Shown here piece by piece: positions 9,273 to 16,852 of a stretch of 64,000 bases of DNA. Within the stretch, counting starts at the first letter, position 1. Every line of letters starts with the position of its first letter. The notes beneath the pieces are model-generated. The model saw nothing but the letters and a program-made list of their open reading frames with translations, searched no databases and was not told the origin of the DNA. The translations under genes and the position numbers were made by a program. The DNA lies in NCBI GenBank assembly GCA_049285595.1, contig JBAQAF010000036.1:21910-85909 (forward strand), read 5' to 3'. This stretch comes from Thermoplasmata archaeon (GTDB lineage Archaea > Thermoplasmatota > Thermoplasmata > Lutacidiplasmatales > UBA184).

Positions 9273-10184
9273 ATGAGCGGGGTCCCGCGGAACATGATCT
9301 ATTGTCCGAACTGCGACCGCCCTAACCCGCCGGATCGCACTACCTGCTGGGGCTGTTCCGCCTCACTCGCCCGCACGGCAACTGTCAATCCAGCTCCCCC
9401 AGCGTCTCGGCTTCCGTCGGGTGTTCCTCCGGCCGGCTTGCCAGCGCTTGGCCGGCCCCTCTCGCCGGCTCAACCTCGCGCCCCTACCCTACCCCCCTCC
9501 CGACCTCCTCCACCCGCGTCCTTCCGCACCGCTGGGGAGACGTGGAACCCGCCGGTGGCGCGCACGACCCAGAATCTGCCTTCGGACATCCCCTCGCAGC
9601 AAGCAGCTCGCGGCGCGTTTCGAATCTTCGTGGCTGTCCTGCTCGGGCTGGTCGCTGTAGTGACGGTGTTGGTCATACTCCCGATTGAGGTGAGCGCGCT
9701 GGCGAGCGCCCCTCCCACCACCGTCGGGACCCCCGCGATCAGTCAATATTTCGAAGTTCTTGAGGCGATAACGTTCGTCGGCATCGCGCTCGGAGCGGCG
9801 CAGTTGTATCTGCTCGCTACAGGGTTTGGCATGCTCGCGGGTGGCGATGAGGAATTCCGAACTCCGGCGACGATGATCTGGGTCGGCTTCGTCGGGGTCA
9901 TTTTCGTGTCCGTGGCGGTTCTGACCGAGTTTGGAGGGGGCTTCGCGCTCCTCGGCCTGCTCGCGATCGTCGTTGGGGCGATTTTCGCGGGCGTCGGGGG
10001 AATCGGAGTTCTGATCGGATTCTGGCGAATGGGAGTCACGTACGAGGTGGGACGGATGAAGCTCGCGGTGATTCTTCTCTGCATCCCGTACGTCGACGCC
10101 CTGGGCTATGCGTTCCTGCTCCGAGGAACGTACCTCGTTTGGAAGAGATTGGCCCGAGAGTCGTCCCCGACTAACTTTTTCTAA
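9273..10184 (+). CDS. Membrane protein with N-terminal zinc ribbon and Pro-rich linker
   Basis: MIYCPNCDRPNPPDRTTCWGCSASL (CxxC...CxxC), then a ~70-aa P-rich linker, then about 5 hydrophobic helices. The start is ATG 9273 or ATG 9294. Confidence 0.65.
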   Translation: MSGVPRNMIYCPNCDRPNPPDRTTCWGCSASLARTATVNPAPPASRLPSGVPPAGLPALGRPLSPAQPRAPTLPPSRPPPPASFRTAGETWNPPVARTTQNLPSDIPSQQAARGAFRIFVAVLLGLVAVVTVLVILPIEVSALASAPPTTVGTPAISQYFEVLEAITFVGIALGAAQLYLLATGFGMLAGGDEEFRTPATMIWVGFVGVIFVSVAVLTEFGGGFALLGLLAIVVGAIFAGVGGIGVLIGFWRMGVTYEVGRMKLAVILLCIPYVDALGYAFLLRGTYLVWKRLARESSPTNFF

Positions 10185-10233
10185 CGTCGGAACCCGAGGG
10201 ACGATCGATCGCCTTCCCCGTAGGTTCGTGCTT

Positions 10234-10608
10234 CTACGAATCGGACCGGTCCTCGTCCGAAAGTAGGCGGGAGGCAATCGTCCATTCCGTGAGACCGAGG
10301 CCAAGGACGACGACCCCGGCCATCAAGAGGAGCAGCAAGCCAAGGAACGGGACCTGGGAGGTCCCATAGATTCCCGCCAAGATCCAGGCCGTCGCCGCTG
10401 CACCCACGATCGCGAGCGCCGCCTCGGAATACCGGGCGTAGACTGCCGGAAGTACTCCGAGCACGACGAAGAGCCCAATCCCGGCGTATCCCCACCCGGT
10501 GTCGCCGAGGTGCGAACTCGATATCGCCAGCGTGGCCAAGGCCCCCTCCATCAACAGGAGCCCACCGAACAGCGCCACGGCCCCCCGGATCCTGGGAATA
10601 TCCTCCAT
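10234..10608 (-). CDS. Hypothetical small membrane protein (4 TM)
   Basis: MEDIPRIRGAVALFGGLLLMEGALATLAI...GLFVVLGVLPAVY...AAATAWILAGIYG...LLLLLMAGVVVLGLGL. ATG at 10608; the track start at 10689 is a GTG. Confidence 0.55.
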   Translation of the reverse strand: MEDIPRIRGAVALFGGLLLMEGALATLAISSSHLGDTGWGYAGIGLFVVLGVLPAVYARYSEAALAIVGAAATAWILAGIYGTSQVPFLGLLLLLMAGVVVLGLGLTEWTIASRLLSDEDRSDS

Positions 10609-10963
10609 CCGGCCCAGCCTACCGGAGTCCCGAATGTCCTGCGTTTCCTGAGACGTGACGTCGGTAGATGTGGGGTGGGCCTCCGTCACAATCGGCTGGA
10701 GGTTGGTCTTCCCTCCGATGCCACCGGAATTCCATCAAGGCTTCTCAATCATTCCCATTTCAGCGCCGCTATGTCCACCAGCTCCGGGATTTTTGGGTGC
10801 GAGTGCAGCAGGCGAGCTCTCGTGGCCCTCCTGCGCGAATGGCTGTGGCCGACATCGACAGGTTGCACTAGTCCGAATAACCGCATGGCGCGCCCCTCCG
10901 ATTTCGGACACCTTATCTCCTCGGTTCGGCATCTTCATAGACGTGAATCAAGCCGGCCCCGCG

Positions 10964-11665
10964 ATGAGGACTCCCTTCTTCGGGGACATCGGTCGGGGTC
11001 CGTGGGTGACTGTGGTATGGGGTGACTCCCGCGCCGCGGTCCATCGCGTCAGTTACGCGATCGCGCACGAGATCGACCCGGGCTTCGCCTGGCTGGACAT
11101 CTGCAACCTGACCGACGAACCACTGGAGCCCGGCCCGGTCGAACTGGGCTGGATCCCCGACGGCCGGCTCTTCATCACGAAGCGTCCATCGGAGGCCCGA
11201 CCTCAGCGTCCCGTGAGCCCGGGAGTGATCTGGCAAGTCGTCCGTTCGGACAACCCCGAACACGAGTTAGCGACTTTCAGGGACTTCCTCCAGCTCCCCG
11301 AAGTCACCCAGAAGATCGTTTCCATGGGGGGCCCGGCCTCGGGACGCCGTGCTGTGGTCTTCGGTAATGCAGAACGAGTGCGAGAATACTATCCAAAGTC
11401 ACTCGAGGAGATTCGCCCTTTCTTTGCGGCTGAGGTAGCCTCGGGACTGGTCCCGATCTACGGAGTCACGGGTCCCAGCGGCCCGGCTCGTATGGCGGCC
11501 GATTGTGTGTTCGAGGTGCAGACCCCGGATCTTCGGCATTGGCGAGAGGGAGCTCTCCACTGCGAGAAGGCCCCGTCAGGAGCGTCCTTCCTCGCAGGCG
11601 ATCGGACGCCGCTAACGTCCGAGCCTATCGCGTCGACCTTTACTCGCGACCGGGACTGGAAGTAG
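10964..11665 (+). CDS. Hypothetical soluble protein (233 aa)
   Basis: Internal ATG 10964 of ORF 10655..11665: MRTPFFGDIGRGPWVTVVWGDSRAAVHRVSYAIAHEIDPG.... Composition is protein-like. No family confidently recognised. Confidence 0.55.
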   Translation: MRTPFFGDIGRGPWVTVVWGDSRAAVHRVSYAIAHEIDPGFAWLDICNLTDEPLEPGPVELGWIPDGRLFITKRPSEARPQRPVSPGVIWQVVRSDNPEHELATFRDFLQLPEVTQKIVSMGGPASGRRAVVFGNAERVREYYPKSLEEIRPFFAAEVASGLVPIYGVTGPSGPARMAADCVFEVQTPDLRHWREGALHCEKAPSGASFLAGDRTPLTSEPIASTFTRDRDWK

Positions 11666-11812
11666 CGACTCGGACCACCCCGTCCGGATGAAGACGCGGA
11701 CCGAGCCCCGCAATCTCGAGGTTGACGACGGTCTTGCGATGGCGGATTCCGGCAGGAGAGGTTCGTTCCCTCGTTGCGGAGATCTCGGACCAAGGTCGAG
11801 GAGCACGCTCGT

Positions 11813-12307
11813 TCATGAGCGGCTAAGGCTCTGGAACCTCACCCGGAACGCCACGAGCCCTAAGGCAAGACCCACTGGGATGCCCACGGCCGCTCCGTCC
11901 ACGGCTCCGTCCCCGATGACCGACGTAAGGGGGAAGCAGTTGTGGACCGGCTGGCAGGAAATGGCCCACGTGATCGCGGCTGCTTGGCTCCCAATGAGGC
12001 TTCCCAGAAAAATACTGAACACAACCCCGATTGCCAGGTACTGCGCGGCCAATCCTCGGCGTGCGATGTCGGGACTCCCAATGGACCCGCCACAACAGAG
12101 TAGGGCGGCGAGAGTCGCGGGAGGGCACAGTAGTGCGGTGAGCATCGCGGCCGTTCGGTTAGTGTCCGTCGGCACGCTATGCAACCACCAGTTTCCGATG
12201 ACCACCGCCTCGTATCCTACGACGGCAAAGGCAACAATGCCCGCAAGACCACCGATCAGAGCGAGCGGGACCGTCTGCCGGAGTCGTACACCGGCGTAGG
12301 AGAGCAC
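11813..12307 (-). CDS. Hypothetical membrane protein
   Basis: 164 aa with GTG start and several hydrophobic helices (VPLALIGGLAGIVAFAVVGY, AAMLTALLCPPATLAALLCCGG, YLAIGVVFSIFLGSLIG, GIPVGLALGLVAF). I prefer it to the R/P-rich opposite-strand ORF 11688..12299. Confidence 0.55.
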   Translation of the reverse strand: MLSYAGVRLRQTVPLALIGGLAGIVAFAVVGYEAVVIGNWWLHSVPTDTNRTAAMLTALLCPPATLAALLCCGGSIGSPDIARRGLAAQYLAIGVVFSIFLGSLIGSQAAAITWAISCQPVHNCFPLTSVIGDGAVDGAAVGIPVGLALGLVAFRVRFQSLSRS

Positions 12308-12340
12308 CGCCGCAACGAACGCCGAGATTGGTGCACCGAA

Positions 12341-12520
12341 CTAACCCATTACCGTTTCGAGATCGAGTCCCTGTGGCGAGAAGTCTCCGGCTTGGGGGCC
12401 TAGCCAGCCCGACAGCGAGACCGCTTTCAATGCCAGGTTGCCCGCGAACCAGCCTCCGACCAAGGCGATGATGACTGACGTGTGTATCAGCCACGAGTGC
12501 CTCGGGCCGGCCGTCGCCAT
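12341..12520 (-). CDS. Possible small membrane protein (59 aa)
   Basis: Internal ATG of the TTG-started ORF 12341..12673: MATAGPRHSWLIHTSVIIALVGGWFAGNLALKAVSLSGWLG.... Weak evidence. Confidence 0.25.
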   Translation of the reverse strand: MATAGPRHSWLIHTSVIIALVGGWFAGNLALKAVSLSGWLGPQAGDFSPQGLDLETVMG

Positions 12521-12683
12521 CGGGCGGAAAGCTCCTGCGCGAATACCCCACGACGTCCCCAAGGATAAGATTGGTCTCCGCACGCTCGGCGCCGCCCGCA
12601 GAGTGGATCGAGTCCGCTTTAGAACGGGCGACCGGATTCGAAACTGGTGGGAGGTCCAGGACGGCTTCGACAATTCTACATAT

Positions 12684-12697
12684 ACATATGCATATGT
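12684..12697. promoter_or_regulatory. Perfect palindrome ACATATGCATATGT (contains CATATGCATATG)
   Basis: Read directly at 12684-12697 inside a local AT-rich patch (ctacatatacatatgcatatgttgc). The same 12-mer recurs at 14037-14048. Confidence 0.5.
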
Positions 12698-13030
12698 TGC
12701 TATTCCCAGCCCCGTCCGCGCGCCTCTCCCCGATCTCAGTGGGGTGTTAGGTGGAGGTTGTGCCGGTCCCCTCGCCCCCGTGCATGGATCCTTGCGTGGC
12801 CTGTTATCGCTAGCCGGGGTGGATTGGGGGAAGTCTACACTTTTTGGGAGATTCCAGCGTCGCAGACGCCCTCACGCCGTTCCGCCGTTCGCGAGCTGCC
12901 CGCCGCCAGGGCAGGATCGGGGCCCCGCGAGCCTCATTGACTGAAATCTTCTCGCGCCCCGGATTCGCCGGGACGCGACCTTTGGCGAGGAGCCCTCAGT
13001 GGATGGACAACTATGGTGGCAGTATTACGT

Positions 13031-13197
13031 GACTGACGTGTCTAAGGGTTGTTTCTAACGAAATCCGAAGATCACTCGAGGAATCGCCCACCCCGCGCCG
13101 AAGGTGGGTGATCGGGGGGTCCAGCCGGGCGGATTGGGGGCGACATTCATGGCTGTATAACTCGTGTTATACGCCTTTACCGTCAGAGACTGACGTG
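13031..13197 (+). repeat. Two copies of GACTGACGTG (13031-13040 and 13188-13197) in a non-coding gap
   Basis: Read directly. The second copy sits inside the inverted repeat CGTCAG-aga-CTGACG (13181-13195). Confidence 0.5.
13155..13172. repeat. Inverted repeat GTATAAC-tcgt-GTTATAC
   Basis: Perfect 7-bp arms with a 4-nt spacer, read directly in the non-coding gap. Confidence 0.5.
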
Positions 13198-13439
13198 AGC
13201 GAACCCTTTGGAAGGGTGCCTGCCCAGGGGGATAACATGTTCGTTTAGTAGTGGTCGTAAAGGTTTATGCATTACATTGGAAGGATTGACCGCCAATCGA
13301 CGGGTTCGGAGCCAAGATCTGGGCAATCGGGGCCCCGGAGGGGTGGGGTTTTCGTGCAAGTGGGGGCATTTGACCTCATTTGTGGCATTCTGCCTTCTAT
13401 GTAACGTGTGTAGCGTAACAGGTGGTTCATAGCCATCGT

Positions 13440-13832
13440 TCATGTGAATTTGGTCGTCTTGAACCGCCACTTGCCTTGGATTTGCCTCGGATCGTCTGTG
13501 AGCAGCTCCTCGCAACCGTTCGTCTCGAGGGTCGAGAGCATCGCCAGAACCGTCAGGCCAGGAGTCGGTCCTCCTCTCTCCAGACGGCGGAACGCCTCGT
13601 CCACGGCGCGGGAATCGACCCCCAGCACGGTGATCCGTCGACGTAAACGGCCCAGGGCGGCCATCCGATGGGCACGTCCTCGGGAGCTGCTGTGCGCCGC
13701 CAGAAAGGCCAGCTCGAGGAGATTCACCTCGGTGGTGGCGACCTCCTCGCCTCTCCACTTCTTCAACAGCTGACGGACCCGTGGGTTTCCCTCGAGGAGC
13801 GCCAGGAGCGCCGGGGTGTCGAGCGCCTTCAC
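13440..13832 (-). CDS. vapC: PIN-domain toxin VapC
   Basis: The GTG at 13832 overlaps the vapB stop (GTGA). Translation: (V)KALDTPALLALLEGNPRVRQLL...TTEVNLLELAFLA...VLGVDSRAVDEAF...CEELLTDDPRQ, with acidic residues spaced as in PIN domains. It is the C-terminal part of ORF 13440..14045. Confidence 0.8.
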   Translation of the reverse strand: MKALDTPALLALLEGNPRVRQLLKKWRGEEVATTEVNLLELAFLAAHSSSRGRAHRMAALGRLRRRITVLGVDSRAVDEAFRRLERGGPTPGLTVLAMLSTLETNGCEELLTDDPRQIQGKWRFKTTKFT

Positions 13833-14035
13833 TTTCGCCGTCCTCCCGAGCGGATATCCTTGAGGATCGCACCCTCGCCTCGGCCGGGGTGGCCCCAACT
13901 GCCCACGATCTCGTCGATTCCCCCTCGCTGGTCGAGGAGCCTCCGGAAGAGGGCAGTGAAGCTCTCCCCGGCTCTTTTCTCTCGGGAGAGTAGGTCGTAC
14001 ACGGTCTTCTGAACCGCAATATTCCGCGATGGCAT
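13829..14035 (-). CDS. vapB: VapB-type antitoxin (PF02697-like putative antitoxin family)
   Basis: 68 aa: MPSRNIAVQKTVYDLLSREKRAGESFTALFRRLL.... This resembles the archaeal M..I.v.devy..L...k...eSFS..i..Ll antitoxin pattern, and the gene lies immediately upstream of and overlapping a PIN gene. Confidence 0.7.
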   Translation of the reverse strand: MPSRNIAVQKTVYDLLSREKRAGESFTALFRRLLDQRGGIDEIVGSWGHPGRGEGAILKDIRSGGRRK

Positions 14036-14036
14036 G

Positions 14037-14048
14037 CATATGCATATG
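14037..14048. promoter_or_regulatory. Palindrome CATATGCATATG abutting the vapB start codon (candidate operator)
   Basis: Read directly. It lies between an AT-rich TATA-like patch (minus strand cttcatttacc, ~14058-14068) and the vapB ATG at 14035. Confidence 0.5.
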
Positions 14049-14221
14049 GGTATGTGGTAAATGAAGATGTGGCCCGAACGCGATGCGACCGGCCGGACCC
14101 GTCGGGCCGACCCGGGGTGGGCCGACGGAAACGCCGGAACCGCGGGACCCTGGACGTCCGGCAGAGACCCCTCTCGGCGGAGGGTCGCCCGGAAGAGTGG
14201 GGAACCGTGTAGGGCGGAGCT

Positions 14222-15616
14222 CTAGAGGTCGGAGATGGGCTTGCCCTGCAGCTCGGGAGGGATCGGAACGCCGAGGATCGCGAGTACCGTGGGAGCGATG
14301 TCGATGAGGCGTTCCTCGGGGCCGCGAGTACCGCGACCTACGGACGGGTCGGAGAGAGCATAGACTCCCTCGAAGGAGTGAACCGAGTCGTCGGGGCCGG
14401 TGTCGTTCTCAGCCAGGTAGAGGCTGTCGTACCCGATCGTTCCGGCAGACCGCCAGGCCGCGTTGTCGAAGTAGACCATCAGGTCGGGGGCGTCGCCGCG
14501 GACCTCCCTGTAGATGTTCTTAGGAACACGAACGTCCACCGCCAGCGGGCGGCCGTCTGGTTTCTTGAGAAGCTTGAGGTCGCCAGAGAGTTTCGCCTCG
14601 AAGGCGGGGAGATCGGCGGGGGCGATCGTGCCGCTCGGCTCCCGACCCTTCACATTGTAGAAGATGCGCGCGTAGTAGCCGCCGGCCCCCCAGGCGGACG
14701 TCTTCGACCAGTCAATCGCAGCCTGCTCGATCGGGGTGCCCGCCTTCGGCCGCGGACCCTTCAGCGCAAGGTATCCTTTCTGGATGAGCCACTCGTTGAT
14801 GCAGAAGCAACCCTGCATCGCCTGGCTACCGTGATCGGAGACGACCAGGATCCGGACGTCGGAGTCGACCATGTCGAGCAACTGGCCGATCTCCGCATCG
14901 AGCATCGCATAGTACTCGTCGACCAGCGCGAGGAATTTCGGGTTCTGCTCGAAACGGGGGTGCGCCGGATCGAAGAACTTCCAGAAGGTGTGGTGCAGGC
15001 GATCAGGACCGATCTCGTGGATCGCGAAGAAGTCCCATTTCTCCTTGGCCCAGAGGTGCCGGGCGACGGCGAAGTGCTTCTGGGTCATCTCGAACAGCTC
15101 GCGCCCGATACGATCGCGGTCGTCGGCGCGGAACGTCACATCGAACGTGTAGCCACCCGCCACACGCTCGATCTCCGGTCGAAGGAACGCAGGGGTGACG
15201 TAGTCTTGGGCGTTGTCGGGGGTCAGGAAGTCCGAGATGTAGATCCCGTTGACCTGGGGAGGCGGATACCCCGGGGGCATCCCAATGATGCACACTCGCT
15301 TTCCGATCCGGGACAGCCGGTCCCAGACCATCGGCTTGAGGATCGTCCGAGAGGTTGGGATGTACTGGTCCCAGTAGGTCCCGGGTCGACGGTGACGGAA
15401 GCCGTACACTCCGAGCGTTCCCGGGTCGACCCCCGAGAACATCACGGCCCACGCGGGCACGGTGATGGGGGGATCGATACTGCGGAGTGTACCGCACCGG
15501 GAACGGGCGAGAAGTTCCCGCATCCGGGGCATCTTGGGCAGAAATCGCTCGTACAGGAGCCAAGGAGAGACGGAATCGAGCCCCAGAACGAGAACTCGGG
15601 CCCGGGAGTCAGCCAT
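14222..15616 (-). CDS. Alkaline-phosphatase-superfamily nucleotide pyrophosphatase/phosphodiesterase-like protein
   Basis: 464 aa: RVLVLGLDSVSPWLL...DPPITVPAWAVMFSGVDPGTLGVYGF...ILVVSDHGS. These are metal-ligand motifs typical of the type I phosphodiesterase/NPP family. Confidence 0.8.
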   Translation of the reverse strand: MADSRARVLVLGLDSVSPWLLYERFLPKMPRMRELLARSRCGTLRSIDPPITVPAWAVMFSGVDPGTLGVYGFRHRRPGTYWDQYIPTSRTILKPMVWDRLSRIGKRVCIIGMPPGYPPPQVNGIYISDFLTPDNAQDYVTPAFLRPEIERVAGGYTFDVTFRADDRDRIGRELFEMTQKHFAVARHLWAKEKWDFFAIHEIGPDRLHHTFWKFFDPAHPRFEQNPKFLALVDEYYAMLDAEIGQLLDMVDSDVRILVVSDHGSQAMQGCFCINEWLIQKGYLALKGPRPKAGTPIEQAAIDWSKTSAWGAGGYYARIFYNVKGREPSGTIAPADLPAFEAKLSGDLKLLKKPDGRPLAVDVRVPKNIYREVRGDAPDLMVYFDNAAWRSAGTIGYDSLYLAENDTGPDDSVHSFEGVYALSDPSVGRGTRGPEERLIDIAPTVLAILGVPIPPELQGKPISDL

Positions 15617-15635
15617 CGGAGCGCGCAGGGGGCGA

Positions 15636-15648
15636 TTCTAATAAGATT
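15636..15648 (-). promoter_or_regulatory. TATA-like box for the phosphodiesterase gene
   Basis: The minus strand reads aatCTTATTAGAa, centred ~26 nt upstream of ATG 15616. Confidence 0.45.
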
Positions 15649-15802
15649 GCCACCCGGGGAGGGAGGGGGAACTCGCCTTGTTCTCTCCCCTGCCGGCGCG
15701 CGTATTGCTCCAATCCACCCCGTCAGTCGGTACCGAGGGGGCACGCCGGCAGGACCGCCTCGAGCGGGGTTCCCTTATACCCCGGCACCCGTAGGTACGG
15801 CG

Positions 15803-15808
15803 CATAAA
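15803..15808 (+). promoter_or_regulatory. TATA-like box for the ComA-like gene
   Basis: gCATAAAcg lies ~24 nt upstream of ATG 15829. Confidence 0.4.
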
Positions 15809-15828
15809 CGGCGCAGGAGTTGAGCTCA

Positions 15829-16830
15829 ATGGAGGCAACGACCGCCCGTCAGCGGTCTCGAGGGCCGTTCTTTCCCGCGGACGTCGTCCGGGTCACCCGG
15901 CCTCGCGCCCGTGGAATCACCGAGGTTCTCGACCGACTGTCCGGCTTCCACCCGGAGGAGCTCGGCAACCTCGCGCCGTACATCGATGTCGCCCGCATCG
16001 GGTGGGGTCTTCCGCTCTTGGTCGCCCGGGATCGGCTCAAGGACCGGATCCGTCGCTACCACGACGTCGGCATCGACGTCTCCACCAGCAGCGAGCTCGT
16101 GGAGCTGGCCGCCGTCCAAGAGCGGATCCCGCAGTTTCTCGATGAGGGGAGAACGCTCGGGTTCGACATCATCGAGGTCTCGGCGGGGCCGGCGGGAGCG
16201 GGGGACGCTCAGCTCGAGCGGGTCTCCAGGGCGGTGAACTCCCGTAGCCTGGGACTCGTCATCGAGGTCGGCGGTCGGGACCCCTCCCAGCAACTCTCCT
16301 TGCAGGAGCTGATCTCGCAGATCGGCCGGGCGAGGGCGCACAGCCCACGCCGAGTTTCCCTCCCCGCGCCGGAGGGGGGTCGGGCCGGCGGCATCTACGA
16401 CGCCGACACGGGGATCAAGTACGACTGGCTCCGCGCGATCGTCAACGATCGGCCCCACGAAGACCTTCTGTTCGAAGCCCCGTTGGAGGCCCAACAGTCG
16501 TACTTGCTCCGCGAGCTCGGCCAGGACGTGAACCTGGGTGGGGTGGCGATCTCCTCGGTCGCCCAGCTGGCCACCGAGCGCCTCGGCATCGTGTCGGGCC
16601 CGACGACCACCGGGGGGCGAAGCAAGGAAATCGGGGGACCTCCTGCGGCGAAGTTCCTCTTCTTCCTCCTCGAACGCCACCGGGGCCTCGACCAGGGGCA
16701 GCTCGTGAAACTGTCGCGCCTTCCCCGCCGGACGGTCCAGAGCGCCCTCGAGTCCCTGCGCAAGCAGGGTCTCGTGAAGGAGTCGATCGTTCTCCACGAC
16801 TCCCGCCGCCGAGAGTATCGCATCGTGTAG
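15829..16830 (+). CDS. Phosphosulfolactate synthase (ComA)-like domain fused to a C-terminal winged-helix DNA-binding domain
   Basis: The track start 15820 is a TTG; the first ATG is 15829. ComA-like part: RPRARGITEVLDRL...YIDVARIGWGLPLL...GFDIIEVSAG. C-terminal wHTH (about 16645-16827): AAKFLFFLLERHRGLDQGQLVKLSRLPRRTVQSALESLRKQGLVKE. Confidence 0.7.
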   Translation: MEATTARQRSRGPFFPADVVRVTRPRARGITEVLDRLSGFHPEELGNLAPYIDVARIGWGLPLLVARDRLKDRIRRYHDVGIDVSTSSELVELAAVQERIPQFLDEGRTLGFDIIEVSAGPAGAGDAQLERVSRAVNSRSLGLVIEVGGRDPSQQLSLQELISQIGRARAHSPRRVSLPAPEGGRAGGIYDADTGIKYDWLRAIVNDRPHEDLLFEAPLEAQQSYLLRELGQDVNLGGVAISSVAQLATERLGIVSGPTTTGGRSKEIGGPPAAKFLFFLLERHRGLDQGQLVKLSRLPRRTVQSALESLRKQGLVKESIVLHDSRRREYRIV

Positions 16831-16852
16831 TTCCGAGGGGGTCGCGCTGAGA

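Noticed and set aside
12600-12650. tRNA-like T-arm (minus strand ccagtttcgaatccggtcgcc)
   Set aside because: The stem does not pair properly (ACCAG versus CCGGT has a mismatch). No acceptor stem or anticodon arm can be built, and no CCA-proximal structure is present. It also lies within a candidate coding frame. I found no other tRNA-like sequence in the window.
12698-13439. Replication origin (oriC) in the non-coding AT-richer gap
   Set aside because: There are no ORB/mini-ORB-like repeats of the known type, no long AT-rich unwinding element, and no adjacent orc1/cdc6 gene. The repeats present are only 10 bp, in 2 copies.
13183-14019. 278-aa minus-strand ORF spanning the VapBC locus
   Set aside because: It is out of frame with the vapB and vapC frames, which show the antitoxin and PIN patterns. 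Its own translation is R/G/P/S-rich.
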